DNA of 64,000 bases, from NCBI GenBank assembly GCA_965249485.1, contig OZ252239.1:2560001-2624000 (forward strand). Reading direction: 5' to 3'. This stretch comes from a bacterium (lineage in GTDB: Bacteria; SM23-31). Both the position numbers and the translations under genes were made by a program. Under the pieces are notes generated by a model. That model was given only the letters and a program-made list of their open reading frames with translations. It made no database searches and was not told where the DNA came from. Each line of letters starts with the position of its first letter. The first letter of the stretch is position 1. Below, in pieces: positions 47,634 through 58,163 of the stretch.

Positions 47634-50414
47634 CTAAAAACTGTAAGTAAACTTTCCGTACCAGAACGCGCCGCTGTAACCAAATGGGGTAAACTGACTG
47701 TACTTATTGCCAGTGGCCGCAGCAGCATTCGGATTTTCATCCGAATAGGTATTGAGGATGTTCTGCGCGCCAACACTTACCATTAATCCATTAGCAAGCG
47801 AATAACTCGACTCGAGATCGAACAGGAGGAACTCGCTTCCGTAGGCTTGTTGATCATCGTCATCCCACCAGGATGAGTAGTAACTCCAGCGACCCAGGAC
47901 GCCTAGATTGTCTGTTAGAGCTTGTGTCAGAGTCAGACTGGCACGGCTGCTGGGAAGGCTTTCCTGTAATTCCTTGATGCGGCCCTCGCTGAGGGTCGCG
48001 GGGTTGTGTTTGGTAACTTCTGTGTTTGTGAGGTTGTAGGCGAAGATCAGTTCGCCGGCCGGGCCCGTCGGAGTAGTGATGATAATGTCCATACCATTAG
48101 TTGTTGTCTCAAAATCGTTGATAAAGTAGCGGAAGTTTGCTAAGTTGCGCACGTAGGGCACTTCTCCATCTCCACCCACTCCATCTGCTCCATGCTCGAA
48201 CAGTGTGATCTTTTCCTCCGTAAGGTTCTCCAGAAGAGAGAAGTCCTGCGAGAGGGCAAGGCGATCTTTCACCCGGATGTCGAAATAGTCGATCGTTACG
48301 TCGAACCCCGGAAGATCGACAACAAAACCAGCGGTGAAGTTATTCGACTTTTCAGCTTCGAGAGACTTGCTACCTACCAGTCTGGCGACGGGATTGTTCG
48401 AGGGAATGGTGCCGTTGTTCACCAGATCATTCAGGGCAAGATCAAATTGAGTCGATACATTGAAGGAATTCTGCTGCCCGGGTGTCGGTGCCCTGAAACC
48501 GGTGCTGTAACTGCTGCGCATTTTCAGGTCGTCGCTGATACCGTAGTTGGTCGCCAGCTTGTAGTTGGTGGTGCTGCCAAAATCATCGAAGTTTTCATGG
48601 CGCAGTGCAGCACCCAGGAGCCAGTTCTCAAGCGGGTAGTACTCGGCTTCGGTATAGATGGAGGCGTTGGAGCGATCCCAAGTGCCGGCGGCAATATCGG
48701 GGAACCCATTAAAGCCATTAGACCCTGAGCTGAATCCCTGAGTGGCCAAAGGGCCTATAGACCAAGACTCTTTTTGGCCGGCCACGATTTCAAATGTTTC
48801 CGTGCGATACTCGAGGCCCGCAGCAAGGAAAAGCTGTTTGTTGACCAGTTTGGTAAAGTCGAGGTTCACATTAGTGTCCGTCTGAATGTAGTCTCCCGGA
48901 TCAAATGACGTCGGCGAGTCGGGGCCGAGAGAAGCGTTCACGGTATTAAAAATGAAGAAGTCGGAGTGATGGCGGCCATACGAAGCAGAGAAATCCCAGG
49001 TGAACGTCGGTTGCGGACTCGGATTCGTCCCCTTAACCCCAACCAGGAAAGAGACATCCTGTGTATTGGCGCCAAATCGGGGCGTGAAACCACCGGGTCT
49101 TCCAGGAAAATTTCCCTGTTGTTCCTGGAACGTAAAACAATTGTCGTCATTAAAAACCTGTGCCAAGGCATCGGAGTCCGGCACGTTAGCGGTGATCGCC
49201 ACATTGGGGCAATCACCACCCATATTCACACCATCTAGATCGCCGACAAGTAATGTTTGACCTCTGTCTCCACTGAACACGGCAGCTCGTGTATTTGGGT
49301 TGCGATAATAGAATCCACCTTCCACTTCCTTGGCGGCAAGGTTGCCGTGACCGTACAACGAAATGTTATCCGCCAGGCTGGCACCGTAGTTAGCGAAGAA
49401 CTTCACGTCGTTTCTAATAATAGGTTGACCCCATCTCTGGGCAGGGTTGGCCACGTGATTATTGCCCGCAGCAACCAGAGCTTTGGCGTCATTTCGCTGC
49501 ACGGAGCGGACGGTCTCACCCGCATTGCCGTACTCCAGACTGAGATTGGCCCACGCACTTTCGCTGCCCAAACCCATATTGCCAGCGACGGCATACGTGA
49601 AACCATCACCTTCCTGGAAAATACCGGGTTTAAATTCGATAGACACCCCTTTGTAACTGTCTTTCAGTTGAAAATTCATCACCCCGGCAATGGCGTCGGA
49701 ACCATACTGCGCGGACGCGCCGTCGCGCAGTACTTCTACCTGCTGCAGGGCAATGGACGGGATGGCGGACAGATCAGGCCCCTGCGCTCCATCGGAGACA
49801 CCGTTGCCAGACCAGTAAATCACCGAGGCGCGGTGGCGGCGCTTGCCGTTGACGAGCACCAGCGTGTGATCGGGCGCCAACCCCCGCATGTTGGCCGGTC
49901 GGACGATGGTCGCTGCATCGCTGATTGGCTGGGTATTGACGTTGTACGAGGGCACGATATTTTTTAGAAGATCGGGTAAATCCGTGCCACCTTGCTTGAC
50001 GATGTCTTCGCTCTTGACAACGTCAATAGGCACGGCCGAATCAATTATAGAACGCGGCTGCATGCGCGAACCGACTCCGGTGACAACGATCTCATCTGTT
50101 CCGAACACGTCAGTTTCCAGACTGAAATTCAGATTTAAGGTATCATCTCCCGGCGAAAGAACTCTTTCAGCGGTTCTGTATCCGACGAAACTGACGACAA
50201 GTGTATAGTCCTCATTGTTGGTATACTGAAACGAGAACCGCCCGTCAACACCAGTTGAAGCGCCGATAGACGTGCCCTGAACAGTCGCATTTGCACCGAC
50301 CAAGGGATCGCCTGTTTCGGCGTCAGTAATAACTCCTGTGTGTTCCTGTCCAAATGAGGTCGTCGCTAGAATAAGGATTAAGAAAAATAAACCTAAAGTA
50401 GCGATTCTTTTCAT
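47634..50414 (-). CDS. TonB-dependent receptor with N-terminal carboxypeptidase-regulatory-like domain
   Basis: DAETGDPLVGAN, EIVVTG, VLVNGKRRH, EVLRDGASAQYGSDAIAGV and C-terminal F; visibly GC-richer than its flanks. Confidence 0.95.
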   Translation of the reverse strand: MKRIATLGLFFLILILATTSFGQEHTGVITDAETGDPLVGANATVQGTSIGASTGVDGRFSFQYTNNEDYTLVVSFVGYRTAERVLSPGDDTLNLNFSLETDVFGTDEIVVTGVGSRMQPRSIIDSAVPIDVVKSEDIVKQGGTDLPDLLKNIVPSYNVNTQPISDAATIVRPANMRGLAPDHTLVLVNGKRRHRASVIYWSGNGVSDGAQGPDLSAIPSIALQQVEVLRDGASAQYGSDAIAGVMNFQLKDSYKGVSIEFKPGIFQEGDGFTYAVAGNMGLGSESAWANLSLEYGNAGETVRSVQRNDAKALVAAGNNHVANPAQRWGQPIIRNDVKFFANYGASLADNISLYGHGNLAAKEVEGGFYYRNPNTRAAVFSGDRGQTLLVGDLDGVNMGGDCPNVAITANVPDSDALAQVFNDDNCFTFQEQQGNFPGRPGGFTPRFGANTQDVSFLVGVKGTNPSPQPTFTWDFSASYGRHHSDFFIFNTVNASLGPDSPTSFDPGDYIQTDTNVNLDFTKLVNKQLFLAAGLEYRTETFEIVAGQKESWSIGPLATQGFSSGSNGFNGFPDIAAGTWDRSNASIYTEAEYYPLENWLLGAALRHENFDDFGSTTNYKLATNYGISDDLKMRSSYSTGFRAPTPGQQNSFNVSTQFDLALNDLVNNGTIPSNNPVARLVGSKSLEAEKSNNFTAGFVVDLPGFDVTIDYFDIRVKDRLALSQDFSLLENLTEEKITLFEHGADGVGGDGEVPYVRNLANFRYFINDFETTTNGMDIIITTPTGPAGELIFAYNLTNTEVTKHNPATLSEGRIKELQESLPSSRASLTLTQALTDNLGVLGRWSYYSSWWDDDDQQAYGSEFLLFDLESSYSLANGLMVSVGAQNILNTYSDENPNAAAATGNKYSQFTPFGYSGAFWYGKFTYSF

Positions 50415-50632
50415 TCTGCTCTCCTCCAAGTGTAAAATTAGGGAATTTTAATCAAAGATCTTTAAATTTAATCGAAGATAACTACAAAGCTCGGTACCGT
50501 TTGTCCATTTTTACATCCTTAAGCTTCAATTTGTGAAATGTTCGGAATATAATGAACTTTTCAATAAAGTCAACTAAATTTTTGCAATATTTGAAATTTT
50601 GTTGAATACCAATTTTAATATTGAGATTAGTT

Positions 50633-50970
50633 TTAATTACCTTCGTGCGCAAATTCAAGATTAAAGTCGAAATCAACCACATCACTCACCACAAGTCCAC
50701 CAGTTTCAAGCACTGCATTGAATTGGACACCGCACTCAAACCTGTTGATCGAACCTGTTGCATGGAACGCAGCAAGTGTCTCCCCCTCTAGCTTTTACCG
50801 GACCGCTAAGCTCAGCATCAAGCTCAACTTCTTTCATGACATCTTTTAATGGTAAGGTTACGACTATCTTATAAGAGTTGTCTCTACTACCATGGCATTC
50901 GAAAAATCGCTATCGTTTTTAGATGATAGATTTATATCAAAATCCAGAAACCTTAATGATCCCATTTAAT
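50633..50970 (-). pseudogene. YceI-family pseudogene, C-terminal part
   Basis: LTIKDVMKEVELDAELSGP / AFHATGSINRF..GVQFNAVLETGGLVVSD with frameshifts; 5' limit approximate. Confidence 0.75.
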
Positions 50971-51015
50971 TGACAATATCTACAATTTACAATCCGCATT
51001 CCGCATTTTTTTAAA

Positions 51016-53203
51016 TTATGGGATAGTAAAGGAAATATATATTCCTCCGTACCAACTTCTTCCTGCACCTGGTTCAAAAAATCTTTTTCCAAATGCGTTG
51101 GGAACAATTGAGCTGTTGTAACGCTTGTCGAGTATATTATCAACTCCTAAAAACATTCGAAAAACTGCATTACCCTTTTTGTAGTTAAAATCGGTTCTAA
51201 CATCGATTGTTGTATAAGCGTCATTTTTGTAATCGTTAACAGATTCATTAGTGCCAGGGAGTGGACCATTGAAATCGTTTGCGAAATATTCGTCGACCCA
51301 ATTGATCGTTATCTCTCAAAAATATTGCTCATCGGGATCGTGAAAATTAAGTCTGGTGAACAATCTCTTTGGTGCAATACCGGGAACTTTTTTGCCGGAA
51401 AGTTGATGTTTTACAATCATGTTGTCGATTTTTTCTTCTATCAAAAAATCTTCGAAAGTAAAATCTGTGTAAGTATATGAAAAAATGACACGTGTCCATT
51501 TGGCAGGAATATAATCAATTTTTATCTCCAATCCTCGATTGTCAGCTTTTCCTGCATTGCGGAAGAAAACTTCTTCACTCATTTGAACAGGGATCTGAAA
51601 TGGTATGAGCATTTCGTTGAGTGTAGCTTTATAGCCAGTAATATCATATTGAAGGTTAGGGTTTATTATAAAACCTTTTATCCCGAGTTCATAATTTTTT
51701 ATCACTTCCGGCTGCAAATCTGGGTTAAATCCTCCTTCACCTGACGGCCGGTTTCCAAGCTCTGTTGTGGTTGGTGTTTGAAATAAGGTGGAATAATTAC
51801 CAAAAACACTTAAATTTGGTGCTGCTTGGTAGAGAATGCCAGCAACTGGACTGAATTTATCCATTACCTGTTTTCCAGATTTTTGGTTCACGGTATTAGT
51901 AAGTTTCTCTTTTACAGAAAACATAAAATAGTCGTATCGTCCTCCAAGCGTAACCACCCAATTGGGAGCAATACCGTATTCAAATTCAAAAAATGGTCCC
52001 AAGCCGTCCACATTTTTGTTCTGCGTTACTAATTTCTCCCCCTTTACTACCTGAGTCAGTGCTTTTTCATTATCATACATAACCGGCACAATGTTTACAG
52101 GTAGACCGATATTCTCATACTCGTTGCGCTTATCATTTTGAAATTCATAATCAATACCTGCGGTGGTTCGCAATGGGATTAAAGAAGAGCGGTGTGTGTA
52201 TGCGAATCGTACACCACCTGCTTTACGATCTAATTTAATAATACGCCCAGGGATATTATTGTCGGTATTGCGATAGATACCATAAAATGTTGCTTTATAT
52301 GAATTATCATTATTAGATTATATATTTTAACGTTAAGCCGGATTGAAAAGAGTTGACTCTTTTGCCTGCACCTTGTTGTACTATGAAGTTTCGTGCAAAT
52401 TTTGGATCTGACAATGAAGTTATCTTATCGATCTAACTGGGATTTAAAAGATATGGGGCGTCATAATTGTTAAGCACAGTACTCAGTTGCAATTTCTCAG
52501 ATATTGCAAAGTGGGCAACCACATTTATCGTAGTGAATTCTCCGGAAGAATGATCACGAAACTCATTGATGCTATTGTGGCTGAAATTTGCCATGTACCT
52601 TATTTTATTTTGATGTCCCTGCAGCTTTCCTTGCCACCTCGTATGACCAAATGATCCGGATATGAATGACGGCTGCAGCTGAAAAGTACCGTATTGAGTA
52701 GATTCAGTGCTCATAGAAATGACACCGCCTGAAGAATTACCGTACAGAGACGAACTTGGACCGCGTATCACTTCTACTGTTCCGGCAGATCCGAAATCGA
52801 AGTTATTCAGTTGAGATTGTCTATCAGCCATCGTAAGAGGAATATCATCCAAAATAATCTTAATGCCACGGACACCAAACTGTGCTCTTGAACCAATACC
52901 TCGAATAGTGATTCGGTCTCCCTGAGATAAATTAAATCTATTATTCACAAAGACACCGGGAATTGTGGCAAGAAATTCATCAAAAGAGAGAGATTGTGTG
53001 CCAGTCTTTAACCGTTTGGCCTCAATAACATCTATCGCTCTGGGTACACGTTGTATCGATTGAATTGCTCTGGTAGCAGTAACTACAATAGGAGAAATTA
53101 CATACTCTACCAATGATGTGTCTTGATGTACTGCTTCTTGTGCAAAAACAACGGGACTTCCTGACAAGAGCACAGCCAAAACTATATGTATCATTCGTTG
53201 CAT
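51016..53203 (-). pseudogene. TonB-dependent receptor pseudogene, YncD-like
   Basis: Plug (IRGIGSRAQFGVRGI, EVIRGPSSSLYG), in-frame TAG at 52433, frameshifts, C-terminus RFFEPGAGRSWYGG ending at 51016. Confidence 0.85.
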
Positions 53204-53375
53204 TTTATAGTATGAGATATGTATTTAATGCTAGGTAACATAAAAAAAGGAGAATCACGATAACTAACATGATTATCCAGCCGCTAAATTTATATAATTG
53301 TTATAAATACAACACAAACAACAAAATATTTAGAAATGTTTCAAATTTTGCGTACGTAACTGTTTCAATAATTAA

Positions 53376-53410
53376 GTTAAGAGAATATTAGCTTATAATA
53401 TTCTCTTAAC
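53376..53410. repeat. Perfect 15-bp inverted repeat; terminator or operator
   Basis: GTTAAGAGAATATTA-GCTTA-TAATATTCTCTTAAC. Confidence 0.85.
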
Positions 53411-53509
53411 ACACTTCACTGAAAATACACTAAAACAAATTAATGAAAACTTATTGTTGAAATAGTAGTATCATGAAAAGCTTCATATATTTTACTGATA
53501 TATTCATTA

Positions 53510-53550
53510 AAGGTTTAATATACAGGAAGGTTTAATATACAGGAAGGTTT
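53510..53550. repeat. 17-bp tandem duplication across the peptidase stop codon
   Basis: AAGGTTTAATATACAGG x2 plus AAGGTTT. Confidence 0.9.
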
Positions 53551-55781
53551 TCACGAAGATAACGGGTCATGAGTTCATACAAATGCCTGCTGGTATTCAT
53601 CCCTTCATATATACCGTGCGTTCTATTGGGATATGACATCATTGAAAAATGTTTATTATTTCTAACAAGCTCATTTATAAGAACTTCCGTGTTTTGATAA
53701 TGGACATTATCATCGCCGGTACCGTGAATAATCAAAAGATTGCCTTCTAATTTTTCGGCAAACGTAATTGGAGAACCGATAGTATATTCGTATGAGTTCT
53801 CATCGGGTAAACCCATATATCGCTCCTGATATATCGTGTCATACAGTCTGAGATCAGTAACTGGCGCTACTGCAATAGCAGTTTTGTACAAATCAGGATA
53901 ACGGAATATCTGATTTAGACTCATCGTACCGCCACCACTCCATCCCCAAATTCCGATGCGTTCAGAATCGATGTAGGATCTTTCAAACAAGACTGACTTA
54001 AGTGCCTGAGCTTGATCCGATGTATCGAGGATCCCCAATTTATTGTAAATCGCCTTTCTCCAATTTCGGCTGCGTGGAGCGGGCGTTCCCCGGTTATCTA
54101 TACTCATGATGAGATAACCCTCCTGAGCCAGCATTTGGTGCCACAAATAGCGTGAACCGCTCCATCGGTCAAGTACCGTTTGAGCAGCAGGACCTCCGTA
54201 AAGATAAAGAAGCAGCGGATATCTTTTCTGTGGATCAAAATTATACGGTTTGATCAACCACGCATCAAGCTCGTCGTCTTCGTCTATAGATATATGAAAA
54301 AACTCAACTGAGTTTCTCTTGAGATTACTAACATTTGTATGTAATGATTCATTTTCATTTAATAATACAATTGATGTATGATCAGGTAGACTGATAAGTT
54401 CTGTAATAGGAGGCGTATCATACGAAGAATACGTGTGAAACGACCATTGCGAATTAGGTGAAATCTTGTATGAATGTGTTCCACTCAGCCGGTCAGGTGT
54501 AATTCTGACAATATCACCACCCTCTTGAAGAGTTGTACGATACAGATATCTCTGTGTAGGATTATCGGGGGAAGCTATAAAATATATCAATCCGTTCTTT
54601 TCATCAATACTCTGAATGGAAACTACATCAAAATTTCCGGGTGCCAACAATGAAATTTCATTGCCGTTATTGGATACTTTATAAATGTGTTTCCAGCCAT
54701 CACGTTCACTGAGCCAGATAAATGAATCACCATTTTCAATCCAACGAAAATCGTCGTTTATATCGACCCAAGCCTCATCTTGCTCAGTAAAAACTGTTGT
54801 TGTTTCACCAGTTTCAGTATTACCAACTACAATTTGCAAGGTGTTTTGCAGACGATTTAATAATTGAATTACTACTTCTTCAGAGTTATGAGCCCATTCC
54901 ATTCGGGCAATATACTGTTCTTGTGGATTTCCAGGGATATCAAGCCAGCGTTTAACACTGTCCCTGATATTGACGACACCGATGCGTCCTGTAGAATTTG
55001 TTGTTCCGGCTTTTGGGTATTGTACCGGCACAATCTCAGTATAGAGTGAGTCGGTTGTGTTGATCATGTAAAATTCACCAACATCTTTCGCATCAAGCTG
55101 CCAGAACGCAATATGATTACCGTCAGGACTCCAACAATATCCATTCCTCAAAGATAGTTCTTCTTCATACACCCAATCAAACGTGCCGTTTATTATAGTG
55201 TTTGAACCATCAAATGTTAATTGAGTGATATTTTTGGTTTTTATATCCTCAACATAAATATTATTACCAGAAACAAAGGCTATTTTGTCGCCATTCGGAG
55301 AGTATGTTGCAAACATCAAAGATGATGGTTGTGCAACTCCTCCAAGTTGATTTAAATCCCAATTATCAAGGTTGAGTAACCAGTAGTCACCGCGAGTGTT
55401 CTGCCGCCACACGCGCTGTGAGTTAGTATAGATTAAAACCGTTTTATTATCAGGGGCAATTGTATAATTCTCTATAATCAGTGGCGTATTTGTGTCTACA
55501 GGTATAAGCTGTGCAGCAGAAATTACAATTTTTCGAGCGTGATTGTTCGGATTGTATTGGACAATATCAAAACTACCCTCAATTTCTCCGGAAGGCTCAA
55601 GGGTTGTATAGCGCGAACCATCATTCGACCAAAATGCGGGACCGAATCGCCCCTGCGAAAATTCCTGTGAGCTGAAAATTCTTTCAAGTGTTAAATTTCC
55701 AGAGTCGGAATCTTGAGCAATCCCTAATTGTGCCACTATGAGCAACAGAAGTGATAGAATAACAATTTTGTATTTTATCAA
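53532..55781 (-). CDS. Secreted dipeptidyl-peptidase IV (S9B family)
   Basis: Signal peptide, DWVYEEE, GWSGGG, HGTGDDNVH and catalytic His (RTHGI). Confidence 0.95.
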   Translation of the reverse strand: MIKYKIVILSLLLLIVAQLGIAQDSDSGNLTLERIFSSQEFSQGRFGPAFWSNDGSRYTTLEPSGEIEGSFDIVQYNPNNHARKIVISAAQLIPVDTNTPLIIENYTIAPDNKTVLIYTNSQRVWRQNTRGDYWLLNLDNWDLNQLGGVAQPSSLMFATYSPNGDKIAFVSGNNIYVEDIKTKNITQLTFDGSNTIINGTFDWVYEEELSLRNGYCWSPDGNHIAFWQLDAKDVGEFYMINTTDSLYTEIVPVQYPKAGTTNSTGRIGVVNIRDSVKRWLDIPGNPQEQYIARMEWAHNSEEVVIQLLNRLQNTLQIVVGNTETGETTTVFTEQDEAWVDINDDFRWIENGDSFIWLSERDGWKHIYKVSNNGNEISLLAPGNFDVVSIQSIDEKNGLIYFIASPDNPTQRYLYRTTLQEGGDIVRITPDRLSGTHSYKISPNSQWSFHTYSSYDTPPITELISLPDHTSIVLLNENESLHTNVSNLKRNSVEFFHISIDEDDELDAWLIKPYNFDPQKRYPLLLYLYGGPAAQTVLDRWSGSRYLWHQMLAQEGYLIMSIDNRGTPAPRSRNWRKAIYNKLGILDTSDQAQALKSVLFERSYIDSERIGIWGWSGGGTMSLNQIFRYPDLYKTAIAVAPVTDLRLYDTIYQERYMGLPDENSYEYTIGSPITFAEKLEGNLLIIHGTGDDNVHYQNTEVLINELVRNNKHFSMMSYPNRTHGIYEGMNTSRHLYELMTRYLRENLPVY

Positions 55782-55979
55782 GACAGTACCTCACTATAAT
55801 TATATTCGGAGAATGAATAAAAGAGTTATAAATGATTGGGAAGATACAAACTATGGAAAGACATTCCAAATGAAGAAAATATTTTAAGTATATTTTAATT
55901 ATTTGTGATAATAAAAAATCCTGCAAAGGTATGAAATTATAATTCTGCCCGGGATTTTCAGCATAAGAACTCAAACTTT

Positions 55980-56195
55980 TTACACATGAATCGTCATGTA
56001 CTCAGCCGCTTGAGCAGCTTTTCCTATGGCTTCCGGGAGAGTTGGATAGCATGGGGCGAGTGGGCAATATCTTCTATACTTTCAGAAAACTCGCGTGCAA
56101 TTACTCCCTCGGCAATGATATCGGAAGCCCGTGCTAATAATATATACAGACAAAGCATATCATCTGTTTTTGCATCACTTTTAAGGATTCTGCAA
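55980..56195 (-). pseudogene. C-terminal remnant of dihydrolipoyl dehydrogenase
   Basis: DAKTDD..., RASDIIAEGVIAREF..SIEDIA..PHA.PTLPEAIGKAA..IHV* with frameshifts; matches the LpdA dimerisation tail (HAHPTLSE). Confidence 0.75.
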
Positions 56196-56342
56196 TGTGA
56201 TTTGTAATTTTAGATTAGGACAGTTAATAGCTGGTATTAGGCAACGAGTTAAACATTTTCAAATTTAATACGATTAAATTGTAGGCAGGAATTGTTGAGA
56301 TAGGAATCTAAACGATCCTGATGTAAAGTGTGTTTCAGATTA

Positions 56343-57753
56343 TTAACCGCCTATCATCTTCTTAATATTATCAAATATCCACTCAAATACAGAATACTTT
56401 AATTTGTAATCAGTTCGAAGCTTCATAGCTTCTTCCTTTTTTGACTCATGCATTAATTTTGAATAAAGTTCTTTAACAATATGCTCTATGCTCCTATTAT
56501 GTATTTTTCGCTCCTTTTTTATAGCTAAAGCCTCACGATATTGTTCTTGCATTATAAGAGATTCCCAATATTTGATCGTCGCAATATGAGCGCGTTTCTC
56601 CTTGATTTTAAAATAGAAAGCAAAATCAGCGGCAATATCCATCTGATTTTGTTCATATAATTGATGGAATCGAGTTACGATTTCACCAAGTGTGTCTTTG
56701 TCTGCTATTTTCAAATCAAGATCGCCGACAACCTTAAACATAATTTCAAACTGATCAGAACGTAAAAGATGATTAACAGCATCTGTGAGAGCTTCAGTAA
56801 CAATGTCGCTCGGAGTTTCATATTCATCAATAAAAGTTTTGATTTCTTGTGTTTCTCCGTTTTTGGCGGCACTCTGGATGAACAATTTAGAAGATTTCGT
56901 TATCTTTTCAGCAGCATCTTCGGATGAGTAATCAAATTGGAAATTGTAGTTTTGTTTTAGAAAAAGTGCGCCATTTAAGTTGTTTTCTTCAAGCAGCTTA
57001 AAATGTGAATTCTCAGCTGCTTGTATTACATCAAATGTAATCACTTGCGGAGTGCCCGAATCGAGCAACTTGAAATTTTGTGCAACTTGATATGCAGATG
57101 GTCCTCTCCCATCCTCCAGCATTTTGTTGTGAACCTTTGCTATTGATCCTGCTAAGGAACGTTACTATTTCGGATAATATAGGATTATGAACATAATCCC
57201 GATAAATATCAAATGTATCTACTATTTGATACAGTTTGTCAATTTTGTTTTGGTTCAAATATTCTGATATAACACGATCATTAAAAAGTTGTACAAAATA
57301 ATTGACTTCTTTTTCATCAAGATCCTCTAAATCTTCATCATGAAGTATTTTGTGTTCACTTTCAATTTCAATAATTGAATTAAGCTTGTTGTCAGACAAG
57401 AGCTGACCATACCCCTTTAGACCAACAGAAAGCAGTCTTTTTTTGGTCAGATCAAAAACTTTGCCCAGAAAAAAAGCGTTGATGTAGGATTTGTCATCGA
57501 CCAGAACATTAAACTTGTTTCTCATCTCATTTAAAATGGATTCTATATTAATTTTGAAACTGTTAAAAACGTTTAACGCCTCGGGTATTTTCCGGTCATT
57601 GAGTAACTGCTTAAAAGCTTTTTCTGCTATCTCATTTACTTCACTATCGCTTAATTCTTTACCACTTAACTTATTTCTTGCCCCCTTGATATTACCCGAT
57701 AATAGATGATCAAAAAACTCACTTTTAAGAACATTTCTTTCTTCAGCTTGCAT
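56343..57753 (-). CDS. 34-aa helical-repeat protein with one frameshift near 57153
   Basis: ORFs 57031-57783 and 56343-57122 join by removing one base; repeats such as FKQLL..EAL....FKI at 34-aa spacing. Confidence 0.75.
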
Positions 57754-58163
57754 TTTCTTATTCAGACTTATATTGTACAACAAGTAATTGTGAAAATTTG
57801 TCTAAAGTTTACAATTATTCCATGAAAATGCAACTCTTAATTGCATTTAATTCAATTTTTTTATTTTTTGCAAGAAGTAGCGTTTAGCAATTTTTATTTG
57901 ACCAAATTCATTGATTTTATAAATTTACTTAAAAATTACTTGAAAAAGTACCATTTCTCTTTGTACGTTATAAGACTTAAGTCTTTTTATAAGTCGTGTT
58001 TATTTATCATACACTTCAGTTTGATTACCCCTATAGTGTTTTTACAATTCAATGTATTAAATTAGCACTAATTTGCCTGAAATAGTTCTACATGTTTCTG
58101 AGATGGGTATTCTTGTTTATGTTTAATAAATCACTTTTTGTATCTTCTTGAGGATAGATTAAT

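Noticed and set aside
48192..50353. Long ORFs overlapping the TonB receptor (e.g. 49257-49967)
   Set aside because: Expected antisense or alternate frames of a GC-rich gene; no independent motifs.
55986..56207. 73-aa ORF on the + strand
   Set aside because: It is the antisense shadow of the LpdA remnant.
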